Shown here: one piece after another, positions 8,467 to 16,145 of the stretch
Layout: every line of letters starts with the position of its first letter
Numbering within the stretch: position 1 is the stretch's first letter
NCBI GenBank assembly: GCA_051382295.1
Contig: JBBCAW010000010.1
Coordinates: forward strand, 1-64,000
Origin: Bdellovibrionota bacterium FG-1
GTDB lineage: Bacteria > Bdellovibrionota > UBA1018
Length of the DNA stretch: 64,000 nt
Reading direction: 5' to 3'
Position numbers and translations under genes: made by a program
The notes under the pieces: model-generated
Seen by the model: only the letters and a program-made list of their open reading frames with translations
The model's database searches: none
Told to the model about the DNA's origin: nothing

Positions 8467-9401
8467 TTTACTCTCTCCTGTTTTTGGGACGGTTTTAAGG
8501 GTTGAATGGGCGTCAGCTGAAAAACCTGAAACCCAAGCTGGAAGACGGTGTCAGGCATTTTAGACCCGACACCAAATTTCAAATTGACCGCGTCGCGGAA
8601 CTCATCAATCATCTGAATGAACTCTGGGAGACGGTCGTGATCGCACGAAATAGTTATGGAACTGGCGCGGCGTTCGGAATACGGATCTTCCGTCAGAGAC
8701 TCCTGAGCGCGCGCAAGCATTTCGGCTTGGAACTTTTGAACAGCGTAACTAAAAACATTACCGGTGTACTTAACAAGAGGCTCGCTTTGCTCCCATTGGC
8801 CGGTTTCCGCATTACGGCGAATCATGCCCAAGCGCTCGAGATGTACCATCGCCTCTGCGGCCTGAACTTTGGTGATTTTGCCCCGCAACATCGACGTGAT
8901 CCAGGTAGCATCCTCTTGAAAACGTGCCAAACCCACTAATTCTCGTACGGCCGGCACATACCAGTTCGAATAATAATTATATTGAGAGCACAACAACTCA
9001 AACTGCTTTGAAACGCGACCTTCGGCCGAAGCTTCCAGGCGTTGAAAATAATAACTTTTGTCCCGGGGCTTAGAGGCCTGGTTAAATTGGACCAGACTTT
9101 CAAAATATAAACTCTCTTTGGAAGATAGTTCCAAGGCTTCAGAAAAACCCCGAATCGTCGTCGCACTCAGATTGCGCTTTCCTTGCACCACTAATTTGAA
9201 ATAACCGCGCGAGTTGCTTGAGAGGCCGGTTTTGCGAACAAACGCACTTTCTGTAAAGGAAGGGTTGCGCTTACGTTTCTGCTCGTAAGCATCACGCAGG
9301 TAAGTGCGGTAGTCGGTGTATTCAAAAACACTTAACAGGGAAGAATCCCCTTTTGAGCCCGTCTTCAGAACCGCTGAATGAATACCAACTTGCTGCGTCA
9401 T
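8463..9401 (-). CDS. TIGR02147/DUF4423-like protein (putative HTH regulator)
   Basis: VFEYTDYRTYLRD, GKRNLS, YYSNWYVPAVRELV, C-terminal FQLGFQVFQLT; start set at MTQQV. Confidence 0.88.
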   Translation of the reverse strand: MTQQVGIHSAVLKTGSKGDSSLLSVFEYTDYRTYLRDAYEQKRKRNPSFTESAFVRKTGLSSNSRGYFKLVVQGKRNLSATTIRGFSEALELSSKESLYFESLVQFNQASKPRDKSYYFQRLEASAEGRVSKQFELLCSQYNYYSNWYVPAVRELVGLARFQEDATWITSMLRGKITKVQAAEAMVHLERLGMIRRNAETGQWEQSEPLVKYTGNVFSYAVQKFQAEMLARAQESLTEDPYSERRASSITISCDHDRLPEFIQMIDEFRDAVNLKFGVGSKMPDTVFQLGFQVFQLTPIQPLKPSQKQERVK

Positions 9402-9531
9402 AACGAGGCCACTTATCGCACAGCAACAGACTGTAGACAACTCTTTTATGGCGCATTGCGTCGTTTTGTGTTATCTATTGTCAACACTTCGGGTCTAAAA
9501 CCGAAGGGATTTTTAAGAAACAGCGAATAAT

Positions 9532-10623
9532 ATGTTGAAATTAAAGGTCTTTTTAAAAATACAGCTAAATCAATCAGGAGCGGTCCTGACATTGGGGAGC
9601 GTTTTTTTGTGCCTGTTTAGTCTACAGAGCCTGGCCGACACCCGACTCGCCCAGACTACACGCTTTGATATTCTTGCTGAGGAGGTTCAGAAGGGGACCG
9701 AACTCGCATCCACCCTCCAAGGCGAGGCTGTGGGCCGATTTCTTGAAAATCGGGTGATCCCCTCGCTTCCTACTGAAATCGCGTCCGCGCTCCCCGATCA
9801 AAAAATCCAAATTCGATTTCGTCGTGGACTGGAGGCGGATGGTCTTTTTCTCGCGCCCCCCAACGGCACCAATGGCACCCAGGACAGTGCCACGCTTAGA
9901 ATTGAAATTCGTGCGGAGCTTCTCGCCAACCGTGACCTGTCACCCCTCATTGCACATGAATTTTTTCATGCCCTTCATTTCCGTCTCCATCCCGATGAGG
10001 AGCCCTGGGTGCGAGAAGGACTCGCCCAAACCTTTGAATACCTGATCCTGCATGAGTTTAATGGTGCGAATGTGGCCGCGGCTTTCGCGTATCCGACTAC
10101 TCCTTTACAAGGGAACTATTCGACCTCGAAGATCGTGCCCGCACAATACGGACATGATCTTTTTTATTTCTATTACCTCTGGTCACAGTGCGGAGGTGAG
10201 CCACTTTTTTGGAACATCGTACATGGACAACCGGAACGTTTTGGCGCGGAAGGCATTACAGCCGCATTAAACTCCATGAATTCGCCAAAACCTCAATGCC
10301 AGGATTTTTCTGCCAGCGCGGAGAGTTTTGAAATCGCACGAATTCAAAATGAGTCAGGATCGAACAACGAAGACCCTGAACGCTATCACCTGTGGTCCAC
10401 CACCTTACCCCAGGGTCAGCCCCTGGATTCGATCAATAAAACCACTTTAAAAGAACTCCAACCCCTTAGTCCCCTGGTTTTGAGGGTTTCCGTCTCTGTT
10501 AAGCTCGGGGCGTTCAAATCCATCAAAACGTACTGGCTTCATCGCCGGTTTCCGTATGAAGTTCAGGCTTTTTCGCCCAATAAGAGTGACGATTCTTGGT
10601 GGCAAGTTCTTCTCAAACTGTAG
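9532..10623 (+). CDS. Secreted zinc metallopeptidase-like protein (HEXXH)
   Basis: Signal-like N-terminus; IAHEFFHALH...PWVREGLAQ. Confidence 0.75.
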   Translation: MLKLKVFLKIQLNQSGAVLTLGSVFLCLFSLQSLADTRLAQTTRFDILAEEVQKGTELASTLQGEAVGRFLENRVIPSLPTEIASALPDQKIQIRFRRGLEADGLFLAPPNGTNGTQDSATLRIEIRAELLANRDLSPLIAHEFFHALHFRLHPDEEPWVREGLAQTFEYLILHEFNGANVAAAFAYPTTPLQGNYSTSKIVPAQYGHDLFYFYYLWSQCGGEPLFWNIVHGQPERFGAEGITAALNSMNSPKPQCQDFSASAESFEIARIQNESGSNNEDPERYHLWSTTLPQGQPLDSINKTTLKELQPLSPLVLRVSVSVKLGAFKSIKTYWLHRRFPYEVQAFSPNKSDDSWWQVLLKL

Positions 10624-10634
10624 ACAAGAAGCAG
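10577..10634 (+). repeat. 58-bp direct repeat, copy 1 (overlaps peptidase 3' end)
   Basis: CCAATAAGAGTGACGATTCTTGGTGGCAAGTTCTTCTCAAACTGTAGACAAGAAGCAG; 55/58 identical to 12329..12386. Confidence 0.92.
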
Positions 10635-10639
10635 TCATC

Positions 10640-11590
10640 TTAAAGTTTGGGTAAGAACCCTTCGATTCGTTTCAGTAACACCAAGAATTCTACCTGTCCC
10701 TTATAATAGAGCGAGTACGTTTTCTTGTACTCCGCCTGGTACAGTGCCCGTATCCTCGGATCACTCAGAATAAACGCCTCATTTTCAGAAATCTTCAGAT
10801 TGTCGCCCGTGCGGAAACGCTGCCGTTTTCGCGCCTCGTAGATCTCCGTGCCGATAAACTTTTGAACCACGGTCTGGCCGAGCAGCTGATAAACATCATA
10901 ATAATGGCGCATGAAATTCGTCGGAACGGATCCGGTTTCCTGCTGTTTTCTAAACTTGGTCGAGATCGTCTGAAGTTTCTCGACAAACGTGTATTCCGGA
11001 GCATAACATTTCACGTCCACCGCACGATTATCTCGAACCGCTACTTTTTGCCCTAACGCTCGATCAAAGCCCCAAGAAGAGATCGTCACGGGTCGGTTTG
11101 GAGCGGTGTCGTCGAAACCGACTTCAAGAAGAACACCATCCTTCACCCCGCTCAGAATCGGGAAATGACTTTTGTAAATCAATCGAAGCCCCGCATTGCG
11201 TAGGATTTCATCGTCATACCCAGTGTCCCGATCAACTGAGGCGATGCCAGGAATCTTGATCGTCTTTTGAAGCCACTTGAAATAATTCTCTCGAGTCTTA
11301 ATATGAGCAGGCTTGTCATGACTTTTGCCGGTCTTCACTTCCATTCCCGCTGGCGGACTAATGCGAATGTCGATGTCCTCAGAAAATCGGTTAATAATCT
11401 GGAAGCCTTTTGAAAGAGAGGTTCCGCCCTTCATTTCAAACTCAAGGCCCTGAGCCTGCATTCCCCAGAGGCAATGCATAATCCAGTAGTCCTTCTCCAC
11501 GAGTTGAGGAACTATGGTCAATTCGTCGGAAACAATCCGGATCAACTCCTCAAATTCTTCATGTTCATGCAAAAACTTTTTACGCACCAT
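10640..11590 (-). CDS. AbiEii/AbiGii-family nucleotidyltransferase toxin (type IV TA)
   Basis: LVEKDYW, MKGGTSLSKGFQIINRFSEDIDI, TFVEKL, RHYYDVY. Confidence 0.92.
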   Translation of the reverse strand: MVRKKFLHEHEEFEELIRIVSDELTIVPQLVEKDYWIMHCLWGMQAQGLEFEMKGGTSLSKGFQIINRFSEDIDIRISPPAGMEVKTGKSHDKPAHIKTRENYFKWLQKTIKIPGIASVDRDTGYDDEILRNAGLRLIYKSHFPILSGVKDGVLLEVGFDDTAPNRPVTISSWGFDRALGQKVAVRDNRAVDVKCYAPEYTFVEKLQTISTKFRKQQETGSVPTNFMRHYYDVYQLLGQTVVQKFIGTEIYEARKRQRFRTGDNLKISENEAFILSDPRIRALYQAEYKKTYSLYYKGQVEFLVLLKRIEGFLPKL

Positions 11591-12170
11591 GGGCAAAAAC
11601 CTCATCAAAAAACTTTTTAGCCGCAATATTCGCGAACTCTAAAACCGCCCGTTTCAGCCGCACGGCATCCATCAATCTCACCCTTTCGCGAACCCTTGCC
11701 AACACCTGTTCTCGGTCTTCCGCGAGTTCAAGGATGTTATTTACAAGGTCTACAAGGAGAAACTCTTGGGTCACGGATCGCCGAGGAAAATGGTGCTTCA
11801 CTCGAAAGGAATAGGTCCGACCACCCAACACGAATTCTCCGTGCCGTTTGTGATTATAGACCACTACCTTGTTGTAGAGCTGGCTCGTCCCCACTCCAAG
11901 TGCATTATAGACATTGGGCGAGGTCAGTAAAAAACGGTCATCTTTGAGAAAGGTTCTAACTGCCTCATAATCATCGGCTGGAACCTCACCAAACACAGAT
12001 TGTTTAGGACAGTAATAGATCCCGGCCCGAAGCTTCTTTAACGTTCCACCACGAACAAGCTCCTGCAGATGCCTGTCCACGCTTTTAGAAAAAGGAGCCA
12101 AGTCCGCTCTGCGATACGACCGACCCGGCCTCAAATTCGCCTTGAGTTTTTCGAGTTTCTTTATACGCAT
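11580..12170 (-). CDS. AbiEi-like antitoxin/regulator (DUF6088-like)
   Basis: wHTH VDRHLQELVRGGTLKKLRAGIYYCPKQSVFG, NALGVGTSQ; overlaps toxin start. Confidence 0.85.
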   Translation of the reverse strand: MRIKKLEKLKANLRPGRSYRRADLAPFSKSVDRHLQELVRGGTLKKLRAGIYYCPKQSVFGEVPADDYEAVRTFLKDDRFLLTSPNVYNALGVGTSQLYNKVVVYNHKRHGEFVLGGRTYSFRVKHHFPRRSVTQEFLLVDLVNNILELAEDREQVLARVRERVRLMDAVRLKRAVLEFANIAAKKFFDEVFAHGA

Positions 12171-12328
12171 CCTATTCACGATGATACTTGGATCAGCTAC
12201 TTTTGTCAAAATCTGAAAGCAAAAATCATGCAAATAACGTCATAAGTAAATGTTTTTACATACTTAAAAAATAATTACAACCCTTTATCCCCCTAATTTT
12301 GGGGGCCTCCGTCCCCGTCAAAATCGAA

Positions 12329-12386
12329 CCAATAAGGGCGACGATTCTTGGTGGCAAGTTTTTCTCAAACTGTAGACAAGAAGCAG
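12329..12386 (+). repeat. 58-bp direct repeat, copy 2
   Basis: CCAATAAGGGCGACGATTCTTGGTGGCAAGTTTTTCTCAAACTGTAGACAAGAAGCAG. Confidence 0.92.
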
Positions 12387-12471
12387 CACAATTCGAGGCC
12401 TGGTACGGGTTTTAATTGATGCACTGAGTTGTTTCCGTTAGGTTCGCGTCGCACGTGAAACCTAAAAGGAG

Positions 12472-13386
12472 ATGACCATGAATTCAAAATTAGTTTCTGT
12501 CCTGTTTGCACTATTGTTCTCAATGAGCGCGGCCGCACAGCCGAACGGAAATAGATTTCCGCAGCCCATTCCGCAGCCCGCCCCGCCCCCTTACGGCGAA
12601 TCGGATCCAGGCTCGGATCCCGGCTCAATGATGCCAATGCCAATTTTCCAAAACGATCCATCTTATCTATGGTGCGGAAATGTATTGGCCGTTTTACAAG
12701 AAGCCCGTGATCAAGCGGATATGGCCCTTTCAATGGGAAATGCCCAAAGCGCGCAACAAATCTTGATGAGTGGTTTGCGCCAAGCCGCAGCGCCAGGATT
12801 CCAAATTCAGCCCCTCACCGCCCGCGCGATTGCACGCGGCCCGCAGCTTGCGAGCGCCGTGACCGCGGTCGTAGCGGGAGCACCCAACGGGCTGCAAACG
12901 GCCACCCATTTTCTGCTCGGCTATTATGACTTCATCATCCACGTCGCCAACGACCTGGACCTTTCGTATTACATTCCTTATCAATACTGCCATCGCCGTC
13001 ATTGCGGGGATTACGCCGTTGACGAAGGTGCCTTCGAAGAACGCTTTGTTGAGTATGCCAAAGCCCAGGTTCAACTGGTTTTAGATAACTTGGCCGAATC
13101 CTATGGCTACCAGGTGTTTCCAATAGGCAATCCTCGCGCCTACCTCAAGGCTTTGGAACTCACCACTGGCTATGCAGTCAATGACCTTCAGCAATCGCTT
13201 TGGTCCGCTCGCTACGCCTGCGGGATCCAATCTCTGGCGCGTCTCAGGCAACGGCTCGCCAGCTTTAACGCCGGAAGCCCGATCCCTTACCAGGGAAATC
13301 CCGTGATCGCAGTCAGCAGCTCATATCAAGAAACTCAGGATATCCTGGGCTCGATTAACGTCGGTTACGGTTGCAGCGGACGTTAG
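12472..13386 (+). CDS. Secreted hypothetical helical protein, paralog of 7567..8466
   Basis: AGGAG RBS, signal peptide, Pro-rich linker, shared blocks with paralog. Confidence 0.88.
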   Translation: MTMNSKLVSVLFALLFSMSAAAQPNGNRFPQPIPQPAPPPYGESDPGSDPGSMMPMPIFQNDPSYLWCGNVLAVLQEARDQADMALSMGNAQSAQQILMSGLRQAAAPGFQIQPLTARAIARGPQLASAVTAVVAGAPNGLQTATHFLLGYYDFIIHVANDLDLSYYIPYQYCHRRHCGDYAVDEGAFEERFVEYAKAQVQLVLDNLAESYGYQVFPIGNPRAYLKALELTTGYAVNDLQQSLWSARYACGIQSLARLRQRLASFNAGSPIPYQGNPVIAVSSSYQETQDILGSINVGYGCSGR

Positions 13387-13407
13387 TTCTTTTGTGTTGT
13401 TCAATTA

Positions 13408-13454
13408 AAACACCCCCATCTTCTCAGGATAACGACGGGAAGACGGGGGTGTTT
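13408..13454 (+). terminator. Stem-loop terminator
   Basis: AAACACCCCCATCTTC...GAAGACGGGGGTGTTT after stop codon. Confidence 0.65.
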
Positions 13455-13522
13455 ATGATATTGCGTGACGTAGCCCCACATGATAAACGCAGTGCGTCTC
13501 CTTAACTCTACAAGAGGTATTT

Positions 13523-14080
13523 ATGAAATTTTACAGATTGGCCCTTGTTTTATTGTTTTGTCAAGCCGCCGTGGCGGCCCCTTTGGATTTGAGAAGTTTT
13601 GCCGGAAATTTCGATTCACTCACGCTTACTCAGTCGATGAAGCAGGATTCGTCCCGCTCGGAGGGGCTGCGCGGAACCGCCGTGGCGACCTACGAAAGCC
13701 AGGTGCAATTATCGAGTTTGGCCGGAAGTTTCGAACATTTGACCGTCAATGTGCCTTCTGGGTATTCGTCACCCCAACAGGAGATTTTCGAATTTGTCCG
13801 TAATGAACAAGGTCAGTTGATCTTTTTGGATACGAGAGTGACCGAGAGTGGAACCAAACAACCCGCACCTATGCCCCTGCAACAGAATGGAACCACTTTT
13901 AGCGGCAGCCAAGATTACAGTTTTTTTGGGAAAATGGAAAAATCGGCCATGATGCTCGATCTTTTAGATTCTCGACACATGAAGATCACCAAGAGCTTCA
14001 CTTGCTGCAAAATGAGTTTAGGGCATCTGGGTTGTGCGATGACTGGAATGTGCAGCGACGTTTATACGCTTTCTAGATAA
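13523..14080 (+). CDS. Secreted hypothetical protein
   Basis: GAGG RBS, signal peptide ending AVA, Cys-rich C-terminus. Confidence 0.75.
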   Translation: MKFYRLALVLLFCQAAVAAPLDLRSFAGNFDSLTLTQSMKQDSSRSEGLRGTAVATYESQVQLSSLAGSFEHLTVNVPSGYSSPQQEIFEFVRNEQGQLIFLDTRVTESGTKQPAPMPLQQNGTTFSGSQDYSFFGKMEKSAMMLDLLDSRHMKITKSFTCCKMSLGHLGCAMTGMCSDVYTLSR

Positions 14081-14108
14081 ATCGGGTAAACTCACAAAAG
14101 GAATTATT

Positions 14109-14873
14109 ATGAAATTAAACACTCCTCTGTTGGTGACAGGCGCCCTTTTAGCTGCATTTTCTCAATATACGTGTGCCGATGCGCAGCCATCCAATCCTTG
14201 CCAAGATTCCATCATTACAGTGCAACTCAGGGGGATTCGGACCCGCCAGGATGCGGCATTACTCGATGTCCGTCAGGTTTTGATGCGGTATTTTGACACT
14301 TATCAGACCTTCTACGATCAAGGGAATCATGAATATCCGATTTACAAAAAAACCTTTTTGGGTGGCGAAAAAATGGATGGAAATCTATTTTCCGGTACCC
14401 TTAAGTCGGCGGTCTGCCCAAGATCGGGTTATGTGGATACAGTGGTCGGCAGCATCCAGACAGAGTTAGAAGTCGTCTCCAACAAATATTCGGGTTTTTT
14501 TGGCGGAATTGAGCTTTCAATTCAAGTATTGAGCGCTAGCCGAGTCTATCGTGCTTGGGCATGTAGTCCTGAATTGCACAGCTACTTCGTTCGTTATAAT
14601 CCAAAATACACGGGCCTAATCGATTGGAGCAAATGTCTTCGTCCTGGGACGGCTTTTGGCGCATCACAAGAGAGCTGGACCGAAGTAAATCCTTTTTTAA
14701 GTAAGACCCAATGGTGTTCCACGCCCGAAGACATGGAAAAAGAACGTACTCGTCTCGAACACGACTGTACTGGGGTTTCATCCGTTGAACTTTACACCAG
14801 CCCCCTCACCGCCGCCATCATTGCCGAGCACCTCGGATTGGTCATCGTGCATAATGAACCTTCCACCGGTTAA
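14109..14873 (+). CDS. Secreted hypothetical protein
   Basis: AAGGA RBS, signal peptide, several Cys. Confidence 0.75.
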   Translation: MKLNTPLLVTGALLAAFSQYTCADAQPSNPCQDSIITVQLRGIRTRQDAALLDVRQVLMRYFDTYQTFYDQGNHEYPIYKKTFLGGEKMDGNLFSGTLKSAVCPRSGYVDTVVGSIQTELEVVSNKYSGFFGGIELSIQVLSASRVYRAWACSPELHSYFVRYNPKYTGLIDWSKCLRPGTAFGASQESWTEVNPFLSKTQWCSTPEDMEKERTRLEHDCTGVSSVELYTSPLTAAIIAEHLGLVIVHNEPSTG

Positions 14874-14910
14874 CGGCTTTCATTTCTTCCGGCGGACTTT
14901 TCGAATCGCT

Positions 14911-15036
14911 GGCTTGGTCCAAGAGGTGGCTAAACTCGCCCATCGAAGGTGGCTTGATGGCTTTCAAAATAACCGCATCCCCCTGGCCGATTACGATGAA
15001 CTGATCCCCCTCTTTGAGGTGTAGGGACGCCCTGAT
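14911..15036 (-). pseudogene. AbrB/MazE/SpoVT-family fragment
   Basis: IRASLHLKEGDQFIVIGQGDAVILKAIKPPSMGEF; N-terminal GQ(V/I)xIP strand missing. Confidence 0.65.
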
Positions 15037-15096
15037 TATCAAGCAGGGCGAGAAGCGTTTTTTGAAAAGAGAAAGCCCGTTTTTTTGGGGGATTAA
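15031..15096 (+). pseudogene. Isolated 3' end of an enoyl-CoA hydratase/crotonase-family gene
   Basis: PDYQAGREAFFEKRKPVFLGD* matches the crotonase tail DxxEGxxAFxEKRxPxFxG. Confidence 0.6.
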
Positions 15097-15267
15097 AAGA
15101 GGTCCGCCTTCCAACCAATCCGTCCCAAACCCGAACGGCCCTCGGCTAAACATCCATCATTTTGCCCGTTTTTTGCGGCACTGATTTTGCGTTAAGATGC
15201 CCAGCCCCACCGGAGCGCGTGTGTAAGGAAACACCTCCCTTTCCCCAAAAGAAAAGGAAGGTGCTCT

Positions 15268-15402
15268 ATGAGCTACAAGACACATTGTACTCATCGGCGT
15301 CGATGTAAAAAACTGAAGATCAGATCCGCAATAATTTTTTTGATCTGCAAGCTTCTTAACCTTTTAATCGACATTGTTTCCGGCTACTTAGACCCAAACT
15401 AG
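15268..15402 (+). CDS. 44-aa basic-hydrophobic peptide, candidate type I toxin
   Basis: MSYKTHCTHRRRCKKLKIRSAIIFLICKLLNLLIDIVSGYLDPN*; AAGGAAGGT SD; structured flanks. Confidence 0.55.
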   Translation: MSYKTHCTHRRRCKKLKIRSAIIFLICKLLNLLIDIVSGYLDPN

Positions 15403-15552
15403 AGGAGGTTCGCGGGCACAGCAGTCCAATAACCCGGAGTCCTCAAGCTGAGGGCGCGCTTCGGTAGGGTGACTTTTATCTCCGCAGTTATGAAATCCTG
15501 TTTTCACAGAGGGGCCGTGTGTTACACCCGTCGACTTTCTTGTGATAATCGT

Positions 15553-15681
15553 CCATACTGACGAGCCGAACTCAGTAAAATGAGTGCCTTACACTCCGCC
15601 GTTTTTGCGGCCGAAACTGCGGGCAACAACATCTTGGTCAACTCCGTTTGCCCGGGTCGGGTCAAAACCGATATGGGCGGG
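15553..15681 (+). pseudogene. SDR oxidoreductase internal fragment
   Basis: SK...AAETAGNNILVNSVCPGRVKTDMGG, compare SDR motif VNSVCPGWVKTDMGG. Confidence 0.7.
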
Positions 15682-15916
15682 AGTATAGAACAAAGGTTCT
15701 CAGCATCGCGGAAATCTGGGAGCCGGGCCTCCCAAGGGGCGCGGAGAAATATTTCGCCGAAGGTCATTAATGATTGATGTAGCCAGGGAGTGGCGAACTC
15801 AGGGAAGCACGCCCTTACGCTAAGTCGAATACGGAAAACAACGCGGTTCTTACGAGATCCTTTTCAGGCGGGCGAAGAAAACACCGCTGTCGGTGTTCAT
15901 TTTTCGAGCCAGTGGG

Positions 15917-16120
15917 ATTTCCTGCCGCGGAACGGCAGCTCAGGCCTTTGAGCGACTACTCAACTCCGTTTACTGCCTCAGGCCGGCAGTAGAAGTCTTT
16001 GTCCCCCCACTCAACCCTACCTACTGCCGCTAGACGGCAGAAAAACCTGTGCACTACCCTCTCAATCCCGTTTACTGCCGCGGAACGGCAGTAGAGACAA
16101 CTCATCGCCATGAATTAGAA
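15917..16120. repeat. Four degenerate 51-bp tandem units, each with a CTGCC-N7-GGCAG palindrome
   Basis: Cores start at 15922, 15973, 16024, 16075 (period exactly 51). Confidence 0.88.
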
Positions 16121-16145
16121 AACTCGCATTCAGTGGGACCACCCA

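Noticed and set aside
15917..16120. Canonical CRISPR array or TIGR array
   Set aside because: Repeats are degenerate, linkers share sequence, the period is 51 bp, and no cas or Nop-domain gene is in the window; kept only as an unexplained array
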